Below are positions 1-19,282 of a DNA stretch of 64,000 nucleotides, one piece after another (within the stretch, counting starts at the first letter, position 1; every line of letters begins with the position of its first letter). The notes below the pieces were generated by a model. That model did not search any database. It was not told the origin of the DNA and worked only from the letters and a program-made list of their open reading frames with translations. This DNA is from the human T2T-CHM13v2.0 reference genome, Homo sapiens, in assembly GCF_009914755.1 (NCBI RefSeq), contig NC_060943.1; one strand, written 5' to 3'. Made by a program: the position numbers and the translations under genes.

Positions 1-151
1 TGGAGGCAATTTTAATAGAATTATAAGAGCTGTGAGGCACATGTGGTCTCATGTGGCTTTTTTTGTCTCGGCTTTGCCTCCTTAGGAACTGCCTCTTTTC
101 TAAAGAGGACTCCAAAGGAAGGACTGGTCATCTCTTTCATATCTCAAAACC

Positions 152-160
152 ATGGCTCAG
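152..160 (+). CDS. ZNF567: First coding exon portion (M-A-Q) of KRAB-C2H2 gene; exon probably 86-160
   Basis: accATGG Kozak at 152; donor CAG|GTAAGG at 160/161; polypyrimidine tract plus TAG acceptor ending at 85; phase 0 joins the KRAB-A exon in frame (MAQ|GSVSF). Confidence 0.85.
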
Positions 161-3100
161 GTAAGGCGATGGTTTCTCTCTCCTTTCTGAAAGTCTTTTT
201 TTTTTTTTTTTTTAAGGATATTTGGGCATGTGTCGGTCTTGTCCTACATCCTCCTACCTATCTTTCCCTTCAGAAAACTGGTCCTCACTTCTTCCCATAT
301 TGGTCAGATAAGACTCTACCTTCCACAAATGCTCCCAATTTTAACCAATGTTGACACATTAAGTGGATATATCAGGCCAGGCATGGTGGCTCACACCTTT
401 ACAGCACTTTGCTCCCAGCACTTTGAGAGGCTGAGGCAGGAGAATTGCGAGTCCAGGAGTTCAAGACCAGCCAGCCTGGGCAACATAGAGAGATCCTTGT
501 CTCCACCAGAAATTAAAAAAAAAAAAAATAGGCCAGGCGCGGTGGCTCACGCCTGTAATCCCAGCACTTTGGGAGGCCGAGGTGGGCAGATCACCTGAGG
601 TCAGAAGTTTGAGACCAGCCTGGCCAACATGGTGAAATGCTGTCTCTACTAAAAATATAAAAATTAGCTGGGCTTGGTGGCAGGCGCCTGTAATCCCAGC
701 CAGTTGGGAGGCTGAGGCAAGATAATTGCTTGAATCCAGGAGGCAGAGGTTGCAGTGAGTGAAGATTACGCTGCTGCACTCCAGCATGGGTGTCAAAGTG
801 AGACTCTATCTCAAAAAAAGAAAAAAATTAGCCCAGTGCAGGTGCAGTGGCATGCACCTGTGGTCCCAGTTATTTGGGAGGTTTAGGTGGGAGGATGGCT
901 TAAGCCCAGAGGTCAGGTCTACAATGAGCCATGATGTCACTGCACTTCAGCCTGGGTGACAGAACAAGACTCTCTTTATTAAAAAAAAAAAAAATAGTGG
1001 ATATATCATTCACCATCTCCTCTCTCAGTCTTCTTCCAGAAGCTATGCAGGGACAAAAATGCATTTCCTTGAACTAAATGAAAATGTATTACTGAATGAA
1101 CCTGTCTTGTGTAGATTAAAAAAATATATAAGGCTTTATTGCATCCACAGACTGGAGTCAAGATGGTAGTGAAATTGACAGAATTTATATAGAATTAGTA
1201 AGTAGCAAGAAGTCTTGTGTTGAGGCTTTGAGGATGGAAACGTGATTGGCAACTTGTACAAAAAACTGAGAATCTTGTGTTTCTTCTCTACCTTCAGTTT
1301 TGCTCACAGCTGCTAACAATTTCTAAAAATCTGTGGCCTTCCAATAACACCTTCTTAGTATATTAATTGTATTCTAGATTTATTTCTATTTTCACATTTC
1401 TTCCAATTTTATGTTTGCATGTAGAAGTAAATATATTTGTATAGACTGCCATACTAAACTAGAAGTGTAACTCCTAAAATATTCTGCTTCTGGTTTCAAA
1501 GACACTACTCTTTCTTGTTTCAGTCAGAACATTTATCTTCGTATCTGGACCTCTTAAATACTGGTGTTCTCCAGATTCTGTATTGGTTCTCTTCTATTTA
1601 CACTCTCCTGTTCACTACCTACCACTATTATTCTAATGCTGCTCAAGTAATTTTGATTCTAAACCTCTGTCTTTTTTGATGTATTGTCGAAACTATATAT
1701 CCAGCCTCCAGCTAGATATCGCCACCTACATGTTCCGCAGATCCTTCATGCACATGTCTGAGATTCACCTCATTGTCTCCTTCTGCCCATCCTATCCTTT
1801 TGTTTTTTTCCAATCTGGTTAGGGCCCCAACCCCTACCCACCTGCCAATACAGCCAACATGAGTTAAAAGTCTCCCATTCACTGCAAAACTATTGAGTGG
1901 TAAATTCTGTTCCTCTTACCACAGTTCCCTCCATCCTCCACTGATACCATCTTTATTTGGGTTCCTTTCTCATAGTGGTCACTTGTCTTCCCATTTAACA
2001 TCTTCACTTATTTTCCACTTCTCCAAGGGCTCACCCCAATGCTTGCTTACATATTTTTGTTTTCTGTGCTTTTGTGTTTAACTTTTTATTATGGTAAAAT
2101 ATACATAACAGAGAGCTTACCATTTTAACCATTTTTTAGCGTATAATTCAAAGCCATTAAGTACGTTCACAAGTTGTGTAACTGTCACCACTATCTATTT
2201 CCGGAACTGTTTTTCTTCATTTCACATAGAAATTCTGTACCAATAACACTAAACAGTTACTCCCAATTTTATTCTTTATAGCATCAGATGGAAAGTGCCT
2301 TAGAGGAATGTATATAGACATTTCATTAGGAGACAAGAAAATGTTAAAATGCTTATAACAGTTTAAATACGAGAATAATAATCATTAATGCTAATAGAGT
2401 TTTCCAGTTAATGAACATGATGCACATCTCCTTTTATTTAGAACTTCCTTAAATTCTCTCAGTAATGTTCCTTTCAGTGTACCAGTCTTGTAAATGTTTT
2501 TTATATCCTTGGATATTTTTTAATGCTGCTGTAAATGGTGTTCATTTTTATTTAAATTTCCCACTGTTTATTGCTAGTATGTGAAAATGCAATTGATTTT
2601 TTTATCTTGACCTGCAACCTTTCAAAACTCTCTTATTCTAGTAATTTTTTTTTTGTTAGATTCTTAGGATTTTCTATATGGACAATCCTGTCATATGTGA
2701 ATAATGACTGTTTTCTTTCTTTCTAATCTATATTCCCTTCATTTCTGTCTTTCCTTACTACATTGTCTAGAACCTTCAGTACAATGTTGAGTAGAAGTTC
2801 TAAGAACAGACTTTCTTGTCTTGTGCCCAACTTAGGCAAAAGGCATTGTTTTTCATTATTAAGTTTGATATTAGCTATAGGATTAGGATTTTTTTTTCTT
2901 TTTTTTTTTTTCTTGAGACAGAGTCTTGTCCTGTCATCCAGGCTGGAGTGCAGTGGTGGATCTCAGCTTACTGCAACCTCTGCCTCCCAGGTTCAAGCGA
3001 TTCTGGTGCGTCAGCCTCCCACGTAGCTGGGATTACAGGCATGCACCACCATGCTGGCCTAATTTTTGTATTTTTAGTAGAGACGGCATTTCACCATATT

Positions 3101-3424
3101 GGCGAGGCTGGTCTTGAACTCTGGCCTCAAGTGTTCTGCCTGCCTTGGCTTCCCCAAGTATTGGCATTACAGGTGTGAGCCACCATGTCCGGCTGGAATT
3201 TCTTTTTTTTTTTTTTTTTATTATACTTTAAGTTTTAGGGTACATGTGCACAATGTGCAGGTTAGTTACATATGTATACATGTGCCATGCTGGTGTGCTG
3301 CACCCATTAACTCGTCATTTAGCATTAGGTATATCTCCTAATGCTATCCCTCCCCCCTCTCCCCACCCGACAACAGTCCCCAGAGTGTGATGTTCCCCTT
3401 CCTGTGTCCATGTGTTCTCATTGT

Positions 3425-7249
<3,825 letters not shown>

Positions 7250-7312
7250 TATGATGATAGCTGGTTATTTTGCTTGTTAGTTGATGCAGTTTCTTCCTAG
7301 TCTCGATGGTCT

Positions 7313-8330
7313 TTACATTTTGGCATGATTTTGCAGCGGCTGGTACTGGTTGTTCCTTTCCACGTTTAGTGCTTCCTTCAGGAGCTCTTTTAGGGCAGGC
7401 CTGGTGGTGACAAAAATCTCTCAGCATTTGCTTGTCTGTAAAGTATTGTATTTCTCCTTCACTTATGAAGCTTAGTTTGGCTGGATATGAAATTCTGGGT
7501 TGAAAATTCTTTTCTTTAAGAATGTTGAATATTGGCCCCCACTGTCTTCTGGCTTGTAGAGTTTCTGGCGAGAGATCCGCTGTTAGTCTGATGGGCTTCC
7601 CTTTGTGGGTAACCCGACCTTTCTCTCTGGCTGCCCTTAACATTTTTTCCTTCATTTCAACTTTGGTGAATCTGACAATTATGTGTCTTGGAGTTGCTCT
7701 TCTCGAGGAGTATCTTTGTGGCATTCTCTGTATTTCCTGAATCTGAATGTTGGCCTGCCTTGCTAGATTGGGGAAGTTCTCCTGGATAATATCCTGCAGA
7801 GTGTTTTCCAACTTGGTTCCATTCTCCCTGTCACTTTCAGGTACACCAATCAGACATAGATTTGGTCTTTTCAAATAGTCCCATATTTCTTGGAGGCTTT
7901 GTTCGTTTCTTTTTATTCTTTTTTCTCTAAACTTCCCTTCTTGCTTCATTTCATTCATTTGATCTTCCATCATTGATACCCTTTCTTCCAGTTGATCGCA
8001 TCGGCTCCTGAGGCTTCTGCATTCTTCATGTAGTTCTCGAGCCTTGGCTTTCAGCTCCATCAGCTCCTTTAAGCACTTCTCTGTGTTGGTTATTCTAGTT
8101 ATACATTCATCTAAATTTTTTTCAAAGTTTTCAACTTCTTTGCCTTTGGTTTGAATTTCTTCCTGTAGCTCAGAGTAGTTTGATCATCTGAAGCCTTCTT
8201 CTCTCAACTCGTCAAAGTCATTCTCCGTCCAGCTTTGTTCTGTTGCTGGTGAGGAACTGTGTTCCTTTGGAGGAGGAGAGGTGCTCTGCTTTTTAGAGTT
8301 TCCAGTTTTTCTGCTCTGTTTTTTCCCCAT
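7313..8330 (-). pseudogene. L1 ORF1p, disrupted
   Basis: ATG GGG AAA at 8330; in-frame TGA at codon 49 (8184-8186); frameshift near 7412 (the ORF track diverges after ...MLRDF). Confidence 0.9.
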
Positions 8331-8749
8331 CTTTGTGGTTTTATCTACTTTTGGTCTTTGATGATGGTGATGTACAGATGGGTTTTTGGTGTGGATGTCC
8401 TTTCTGTTTGTTAGTTTTCCTTCTAACAGACAGGACCCTCAGCTGCAGATCTGTTGGAGTTTGCTAGAGGTCCACTCCAGACCTTGTTTGCCTGGGTATC
8501 AGCAGCAGTGTCTGCAGAACTGCGGATTTTCGTGATCCGCAAATGCTGCTGTCTGATCGGTCCTCTGGAAGTTTTGTCTCAGAGGAGTACCCGGCCGTGT
8601 GAGGTGTCAGTCTGCCCCTACTGGGGGGGGTGCCTCCCAGTTAGGCTGCTCGGGGGTCAGGGGTCAGGGACCCACTTGAGGAGGCAGTCTGCCCGTTCTC
8701 AGATCTCCAGCTGCATGCTGGGAGAACCACTGCTCTCTTCAAAGCTGTC

Positions 8750-8960
8750 AGACAGGGACATTTAAGTCTGCAGAGGTTACTGCTGTCTTTTTGTTTGTCT
8801 GTGCCCTGCCCCCAGAGGTGGAGCCTACAGAGGCAGGCAGGTCTCCTTGAGCTGTGGTGGGCTCCACCCAGTTCGAGCTTCCTGGCTGCTTTGTTTACCT
8901 AAGTGAGCCTGGACAATGGAGGGCACGTCTACCCCAGCCTCACTGCCGCCTTGCAGTTTG
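8750..8960 (+). promoter_or_regulatory. L1 antisense promoter region, oriented in the ZNF567 sense direction
   Basis: Corresponds to about nt 400-600 of the L1 5'UTR, where the antisense promoter is known to lie. Activity cannot be shown from sequence. Confidence 0.5.
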
Positions 8961-9368
8961 ATCTCAGACTGCTGTGCTAGCAATCAGCGAGACTCCGTGG
9001 GCATAGGACCCTCCGAGCCAGGTGCGGAATATAATCTCCTGGTGCCCCGTTTCCTAAGCCCGTCAGAAAAGCGCAGTATTTGGGTAGGAGTGACCCGATT
9101 TTCCAGGTGCCATCTGTCACCCCTTTCCTTGACCAGGAAAGGGAACATCCTGACCCCTTGCGCTTCCCGAGTGAGGCAATGCCTCGCCCTGCTTCGTCTC
9201 GCGCATGGTGCGCTGCACCCACTGTCCTGCGCCCACTGTCTGGCACTCCCTAGTGAGATGAACCCGGTACCTCAGATGGAAATGCAGAAATCACCTGTCT
9301 TCTGCATCGCTCACGCTGGGAGCTGTAGACCAGAGCTGTTCCTATTTGGCCTGGAATTTCTTTTTTAA
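8916..9368 (+). CDS. L1 ORF0 (antisense 5'UTR ORF), 150-aa read-out form; expression unproven
   Basis: acaATGG start; PASLPPCSLISDCCASNQRDSVG..PSEPG matches primate L1 ORF0; the frame stays open to a TAA in the flank. Confidence 0.6.
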   Translation: MEGTSTPASLPPCSLISDCCASNQRDSVGIGPSEPGAEYNLLVPRFLSPSEKRSIWVGVTRFSRCHLSPLSLTRKGNILTPCASRVRQCLALLRLAHGALHPLSCAHCLALPSEMNPVPQMEMQKSPVFCIAHAGSCRPELFLFGLEFLF

Positions 9369-9599
9369 ATGATTGAAGACATTCCAGTTTGCTGATAGTT
9401 TTTATCATGAATGAGTGTTAAATTTTCTCAAAAGTTTTTCTGGGCCAGGTGTGGTGGCTCATGCCTGTAATCTCAGCACTTTGGGAGGCCAGGGCAGGCG
9501 AATCACTTGAGCCAGGAGTTCAAGACTGGCCTGGGCAACATACAAAAATACAAAAAAAATTATCTGGATGTGGTGGGCGCCTGTAATCCTAGTTGCTCA

Positions 9600-9743
<144 letters not shown>

Positions 9744-11249
9744 CTATTGGTTTTTCACATTATATGGCTTTTTTCTTTTTTTAATATTACTATAATGAAT
9801 TATGTTGATTGATTTTTGAAAAATTTAGTTGTCCTGGGATAAACTCCACTTGGTCATGATATAATACTTTTGTATATATTGTTTTATATATTAAATATGA
9901 TTAATTTGCTAATATGTTGTTACTGATTTTTCTTGTCTGTGGTTCATAATGGATCTAATGTATAGTTTTTCTGTTTGATGTCAGGGTAATGCTATCTCAT
10001 AAATGAATTGGGTTGTATTCTCTCCTCTTATTATTTTCTGAAAGAATTTATATAGAATTGGTATTATTTCTTAAACGTCTGTTAGAATTCACTGTGAAGC
10101 CATCTATCTGACTTGGAGATTTCTTTGTGGAAAGTTGTTTAACCAGTAGTTCAATTTTGGTAATAGAATGAAGACTGTTCAGGTTATCAGTTTTTCTTTT
10201 AATTCAGTGAGCTTTTGTAGTTTGTGACTGTCTAGGAATTTGTTCAGTTCATCTAAGTTGTAAAATGTATTGGCATAAAGTTGTTGCCCTTTTTATCCTT
10301 TTGATGTTTGTATAATCTGTAACAATACCCCTTTTTTATTCTTGTTATTGATGATTTGTATGTCTCACTTTTTCCCCTGGTTCTTTGGCTACAGGTATAT
10401 CAATGTAGTTGATCTTTTCAAAGTACCACAGCAGCTTTTAGTTTCATGGATTTCTTCTAGTATTTTTGTTACCTCATTTCTCCTCTTTTATTTTGTATTT
10501 CCTTTCCCTCTCATGACTTTGGGTATAATTAGCTCTTCTTTTCCAATTCTTACATAGATGGAAGTGTACATTGAGTTAAGACATTTCTTTTTTTCTAATA
10601 GAAGCTTTAAATGCTATAAATTTCTCTGTAAGCACTATTTAAAGGGCTCCCAAGTTTTGACATGTTGCATTTTCTTATTCAGTTGAAAATATTTTCTAAT
10701 TTTCTCATGTTTGTTTTTTGCTCATTGGTTATTTAGAAATGTGTTTAATTTCCAAATATTTGGGGATTTTCCAAATAGCTTCCTGTAACTGGTTCTAGTT
10801 TAATTCTGTTTCAGTCAGAGCAGAGTCTATATGATGTCTTCCTAAATTTATGGAGACTTCTTTTATAGCACAGAGTACAGTTTAATTTGGTCAGTGTTCT
10901 CTGTGCCCTTGTAAAGAATGCATATTCTGATGTTATTGGGTGTACCCTGTAAATATCAGTGAGATTAAATTGGTTGATTGTGTTGAAAGTTTTCTGTATT
11001 CTTATTGTTCTTCAGTCTGTTAAAGCAATGACTGAAGGAAGAAAGTTGAAATCTTCTATTATAACTAAGCTTTGTTTTTAGATGCATTTATATTTAGGAT
11101 TGTTGTATCCTCTCATGAATTCACCCTGTCCTATTATTATGAAATGCTTCAATTAATCCTTGATAATATTCTAAATAATATTGTCCTGAAATCTATTTTG
11201 GTTAATATTTTTATAGCCATTCTAACTTTCTTATGATTGTATGGTATCT

Positions 11250-11918
11250 TTGTTCTTTGTGCTGCTATAACAGAATGCCTGAAACTGGATAATTTATGAA
11301 GAACAAAAATAAATTTTCTCACAATTCTGGAGGCTGGGAGGTCCAAGATAAAGATTCAGGCAGGTTTGGGTTTCTGGTGGGGTCTGTTCTCTGCTTCCAA
11401 GATGGCACCTTGAGGCTCTGTCCTCACATGGCAAAAGTACAAGCCAGCCACATGCTACGTGAAGCCCCTTTTACAAGGGCCTTAATCCCATTCACAAAGG
11501 GAGAAATCTTAATGACTGGCCTAATCACGTATTAAAGGCCCTACTTCGTAATACTGTCACATTGGCAACACCTGAACGTTGTTTGGTTTTTGTTTCGAGA
11601 TAGGGCCTCGCTTTGTAGCCCAGGCTGGATTTCAGTGGCACAATCATGGCTCACTTCAGCCTCAACATCCTGGGCTCATGGGATCCTCTCACGTCAGCCT
11701 CCTGAGTAGCTGATACTACAGGCATGTGACACCATGCCCAGCTAATTTTTCTATTTTTTATAGAGACACAATTTCACCATGTTGCCTAGGCTGGTCTTGA
11801 GCTTTTGGGTTCAACCAATCTGCCTGCCTTGGCCTCCCAAAGTGCTAGGATTACAGGTGTGAGCCACTGTGCCTGGCCTACACCTGAATTTTAGAGGGGA
11901 CACATTCAAACTATAGTA
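11250..11918. mobile_element. MaLR LTR (MLT1A/MST-like) split by an Alu at about 11590-11878
   Basis: Characteristic 'gctgctataacagaa...ttctggaggctgggaggtccaagat...cttccaagatggc' and terminal 'gggacacattcaaactatag'; ACACCTGAA on both sides of the Alu. Confidence 0.7.
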
Positions 11919-12882
11919 TATGATATACCTGATTTCCATCCTTTTTACTGTTGGTTTTTTTTTTTTTTTTTTTTTTTGAGACAGCATCTTGTTCTGTCAC
12001 CCAGACTGGAGGGCAGTGGTGCAATCAACCTACCAGGATCCAGCAATCCTCCCACCGTAGCCACCTGAGTAGCTAGGACTGCAGGCATGTGCCACCTCAT
12101 CTGGCTAATTTTTAAATTTTTTATAGAGGTGGGGTCTCACTATGTTGCCTAGGCTGGTCTTGAACTCCTGGGTCCAAGTGATCTTCCTACCTGGCCTCCC
12201 AAAGTGCTGGGATTATAGGTGTGAGCCACTGCACCTTGCCCATCCTTTATACTTTTATTTACCTATGTTTTAACGTTTATAGTTAATCTGGTACAGCTAG
12301 TAGATGGTTTGGTTTTTCTTTTTTCCTCCAATCTGATACTCTTATCTTTTAATTGGAGTTTTTAGTCCATTCAATGTAATTATCAATATAGTTGAATTTA
12401 AATATGCCATCTTCCTATTTTTTCCAATTATGTTTTCTTTTTTTTTAGATTGAGAAATTTTTTATGATTTCATTTGTTTCTGTATTATTTATTCACTTAT
12501 TAGAAGTACTTCTTTATTTTCTTGTTTGTTTTGTTTTTTAGTGGTTGCTCTAGGCCAGAGGTTGGCAAACCATTGCATTTGAGCTAAGTCAGGCATGATG
12601 CCTGGTTTTGTAGAGTTTTATTGGAACTCAGCCAACTGTGAAAGCATTTTGCTTAGTTTATATTGCTTTCTTTCTCTTCAAGTTCACTGATCTTTTCTTT
12701 CTTCAATGTGTAATCTGTTGTTACTACCACCCGTTGTATTTTTCATATCATGTATTTTTCTTCTCTAGAACTTTTCTTTGATCCTTTTTATATCTTCCAT
12801 TTCTCTCATGTTTATCTTTTTTCCTACATTCTTGAGCTTATGGAGTATGTTTATAATCCTGTTTTGTTGTTGTTGTTGTTGA

Positions 12883-12987
<105 letters not shown>

Positions 12988-13211
12988 TGAGTAGCTGGGA
13001 TTACAGGCACCTGCCACCATGCCCGGCTAATTTTTGTATGTTTAGTGGAGATTGGGGTTTCACCATTTTGTCCAGGCTGGTTTCGAACTCCTGACCTCAG
13101 GTGATCTGCCTGCCTAGACCTCCCAAAGTGCTGGGATTACAGGCGTGAGCCACTGCGCCCGGCCTATAATAATCCTGTTTTAACATCCTTGTTTTTCGTT
13201 TGTTTGTTTGA

Positions 13212-13352
<141 letters not shown>

Positions 13353-14816
13353 TAAATTTTTTGTAGAGACAGGGTTTTGCTATGTTGCCCAGGCTGGTCT
13401 CCTGGGCTCAAGTGATCTTCCTGTCTCAGCTTCCCAGAGTTCTGGAATTACTGGCATGAGCCACTGTGCCCAGCCCATCTTGTTTGTTAAATCCATCACC
13501 TCTGTCATTTCTGGGTCTGTTTCTTTTGATCATTTTTTTTCCCTCATGAATATTAGTCCTATTTTGCATGCTTGGAAATTTTTTACTTGAATTTTAAATT
13601 GCTGAATGCTGGATTTTGTTATGTTACATTAAATAATTAAGTTACTTCAGTCCATTTTGATCCTTTTGAGGCTTGCTTTTAAGTTTTTGTTAGTGTAGGT
13701 CAAGAGCAGCATTTTGGTCTACGGCTAATTTAGTCCGATTCCTGGAGCTACATTAACACATTATTTTCACCCAAAATTCATAGTTTACATTAGGGTTCAC
13801 TATTGATATTGATAATGTGGGTTTTGACAAATATATAATGGCACATATTCACCATTATATTATCTTACAAAATGGTTTCACTGCCCTAAAAATCCTCTTT
13901 GCTCTGCCTATTTATCCCTCCCTCCCTGCTACCCCCTGGAAACCACTGATCTTTTTACTCTCTCCAAAATGTTGCCTTTTGCAGAATGCCATTTGGTTAG
14001 AATCTGGAAGACTATATACCATGTAGCCTTTTCAGAGTGGCTTCATTCACTTCGTAATATGCATTTGAATTCCTCCTAACCCGTTCTTGCTTATCTGTTC
14101 CTACATTCTGTTGTATTTTGTGTCAGTCACATACGTTTTAATGATTCATTTCATTCCTCTGTTAGCTTTTTAGTTATGCGTTTGCATTTTTTGTGTGATT
14201 GCCCTAGGATTACAGTATGGATCTTCAACTTACCAGGATTTTCTTAAGGTTAATATTAAATTAGTTATGGTAAAAATATATCAATCTTGCCACATTATAG
14301 TTTCATTTATTAATACCTGTCTTTTACTTTTTTGTTTGCCATGTATATGATATTTATGTTTGCAATAAGTGGTATTAGAAGGGTCTATAGTCCACAGGCC
14401 AAAATCCAGCCTGTTTCCTATTTTGTACAGATTGTGAGCTAAGAATTGTCTTTGCATTTGAAACGTTTGAAAACATTTACAAGAAAAAATATTCCTGACA
14501 CACTAAAACTTCATGAAATTTAAATGTTAGTGTCCATAACTAAGTTTTATTGAAACACATCTTTGCTCATTTATTTACATATTATCTATGGTTGCTTTCA
14601 TGCTAAAATAGCAGAAGACATTCCCTGACTGCTGCTTGAAACAGTCATATCTCATAAAGAAGAAAGGAAATGAATATTTATACTCTTACAATTTTTCTTA
14701 TTTTCTTCATACCTTCCTAAAGACCTTAGTGTTATTTTTACCTTAAGCCTGAAGAATTTCCTTTAGGCCCCACCACCCCTTCCCCTTCCCCCACTCCAGA
14801 GATAGAGATCTCACTT

Positions 14817-15084
14817 TGTTGCCCAGGCTGATCTCAAACTCCTGGCTTCAAGCAGTCTTCCTGCCTCAGCCCCACAAAGTGCCCGGATTACAGAAGTAAG
14901 CCACCACGCCCAGCCTATTAGCATTTTTGATGGTGCAGTCCTGCTGGTGATGTTGCCCAGGCTGATCTCAAACTCCTAGCTTCAAGCAGTCTTCCTGCCT
15001 CAGCCCTCCAAAGTGCCCAGATTACAAAAGTAAGCCACCACACCCAGCCTATTAGTATTTTTGATGGTGCATTCCTGCTGGTGA
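14817..15084. repeat. 134-bp tandem duplication (Alu monomer part plus unique flank)
   Basis: 14817-14950 and 14951-15084 are head-to-tail copies with a few substitutions. Confidence 0.9.
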
Positions 15085-16356
15085 TGAATTCTCTAGGTTT
15101 TACCTGAAAATATCTTTATGTTGCCTTCATTTTGAATATATAGTTTTGCTGCGTGTAGAATTCTTGGCTGTGTAGCAGTTTAATTAGGATTTGGCTAAGT
15201 GTGGTTTTCTTTGGTGTTTATCCTTTTAGGGTTAATTAAACTCTTTGAATATGTAAATTAAAAGTTCTTGCCAAGTTTGGAGTTAGGCCATTATTTCCAT
15301 AAAATTTATTTATGCCCTTTCTTTTTCTCTCCCCATTCTGGGACTCTAATTATATCCATGTTGGATTTTTGAATATGACCTATGGATCTTTGTGAGTCTG
15401 TTCATTTTTCATGATTCTTTTTTCTTTCTGTTCAGATTACTTACTTTCTCTTGATTGATTTACACAGATACTGATTCTCTATTTCTGTGCTCCTATCGAG
15501 CTTCTCTAGTTAATTTTTTATTTCAGTTATTTCTTTGAATACATTTAGAACAGCTACTTTGAAGCCTTTTTTTTTTTTTTTTTTTTGGCAAAATCTGACA
15601 TCAGGGCCCACTAGGAGTTAGTTTCTGTGATTGTCTTTTTGTGACTACAGGTTTTATTCCCCCCACTCTTTTTTGTTTTGTTTTGTTTGCATGTTTAGTA
15701 ATTTTTGCTAGAAAACTGGACATCATAAATAGTATTGTAATCTGAATTCTGTTATATCTGTTATGTTCTTCTGAGAATTATTATTATTTTTAGTAGGCAA
15801 TTAGCTTGCTTGTAATCAAACATCAAACTTTGTCTTCCTGCTCAGTGTAAAGCAGCTGATATATCCTCTTAGTTCTTCAAGCTTCTAGCTGCTGCCTTTT
15901 ACCCTAACCTCCTGAAAGCAGATAGGTTCTCTCTTGTGTTCATCTGCTTTTCTCTCAATCAAGGAATTGGTGAGTGTTTAGATTTGGGGGCTCACGTCCT
16001 GCATTTCTCTTTTTCAAGTTTTACCCTCTACACTTCCTGCTGCTTTGTCAGTTCAAGCTCTGACACCTTAATCCCGTAAGCCTTAAATTTTATTCTTCTT
16101 GGGCTATGAGCAGGTTGTGGAATACCATCAGTCAAGAAGCAGAAGCCTTAGAATCTTATTAGGTGCACTTTTATTTTTCAAGATTCTTTTCTGTTGTATT
16201 TCTGCCTGCTTTTTGCTAAGCCCTCGGTGATCTCTCCAACACATGCATATTTTATCAACCAGGAGTTTGGCAGAGTTTATGCTCAGATTTTCATTTTCAT
16301 CCGTTCTGTAGTTCCCTCACTTCCAGAATTAACCTAAATTTCCAGCTCTCACTTTT

Positions 16357-16378
16357 TGTGTGTGTGTGTGTGTGTGTG
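16357..16378. repeat. (TG)n microsatellite at an Alu tail
   Basis: About 11 TG units. Confidence 0.9.
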
Positions 16379-16379
16379 A

Positions 16380-16520
<141 letters not shown>

Positions 16521-17278
16521 TAATTTTTGTATTTTTAGTAGAGACAGGGTCTTGCCATGTTAGCTGGGCTGGTTTTGAACTCCTGACCTCAGATGAGCCA
16601 CCACGCCCAGCCTCAAGCTCTCGTTTCTGTCCTCCCGTCACCTTTGAGGAAGTAAGTGGTGGTTTTATGCCATGAGAGCTGTGGGGTTTCAGGTACCGTG
16701 ATGCAAAAACAGCCACAAAATTAGCAGTTCTTGTACATTGCAGTTGCTATCCTTCAAGGATAAGCTCTTTTCCAGTTTCCGCCTGCTTTGGTTGCTTTCC
16801 AGTGCTATTAGTTGTTTATTGTATGGCATGTGCACATTTTATAATTATTATCTGAGGGAAAGTGTCCCTGACTGTTTTACTCTGTTAATGCTGCATGCTG
16901 AAAAATCTCACCATGCACATACAATATTCCTCCTTAGTGAAGCCTGAGAAATTGTTCTACCTTTGTGATACATGCTGTATCTTGTACATACTTCTTTGTT
17001 GTACCTGTGACACCTTCTTGCAGGTTTGTGTTTACTTACATTTTCTTGCAAGTATGTGTTACATGCCTCTGGTAACTTCTGAGCAGAAACAGTGTTTGTC
17101 TTGGCACTTCCATAAATAAATACAGTTTTTGGCATTAAGTGGCTTCACAGTAAATATTCTTAGAATGTGTTATTTAAAAACTAACTGATGGATATTTTTA
17201 CCTTGATTTTTGTTTTCCCTACAATATAAATCATAAAACAGGGAAAATTGTAGTCTTTCTATATTAGGATTCGTATGA

Positions 17279-17634
<356 letters not shown>

Positions 17635-17671
17635 AGTCCACCTGTTCTGATTACAGTTCCATCCATTCTAG

Positions 17672-17815
<144 letters not shown>

Positions 17816-18066
17816 TGAAACTTTAGTAGCATGCACTTCCTCTCAAAGTGCCTAATTGTGTATAATCTTGAATTTCAGGAATAAGAGGTGATGAATTCCT
17901 TTTCGTTAGCAGAATGAATGATTGTGTCTTCACTTACCCAGTGCAAGGTGCTACCTATATTGTTACACAAATGGGTGTCTTAATTTGCAGTACTGAACAT
18001 GCCCCTTTCCTCATTTTTCAGTGGTATTATAGCCCAATCAACTTAAGTCTTTTTTTCACTTTTCAG

Positions 18067-18153
18067 GGTGTCACATGACCAAACCTGATGTGATCCTCAA
18101 GTTGGAACGAGGAGAAGAGCCATGGACATCATTTGCAGGTCATACCTGCTTGG
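18067..18153 (+). CDS. ZNF567: KRAB-B box exon
   Basis: tttcag| acceptor, |gtgagt donor, 87 nt, phase 1/1; translates (G)[28 protein letters not shown]. Confidence 0.95.
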
Positions 18154-18311
18154 GTGAGTTTCTGGCTCTTAGGCAGACACAGTCTAGCAGAATGTAAATT
18201 TAAAAGGGTCAAGTGGGGGTGATACCTTTGAAATGTTTCAGGAGTATCTTTTTTTAAAGGCTCTTGACCTCTGAAAACCTTCATGCCTATAAAACTCAAA
18301 ACCAGACCTTT

Positions 18312-19282
<971 letters not shown>

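Noticed and set aside
43-354. 103-aa ORF overlapping the ZNF567 ATG exon
   Set aside because: Non-ATG start, runs through the splice donor and a poly-T tract, and shows no recognisable homology.
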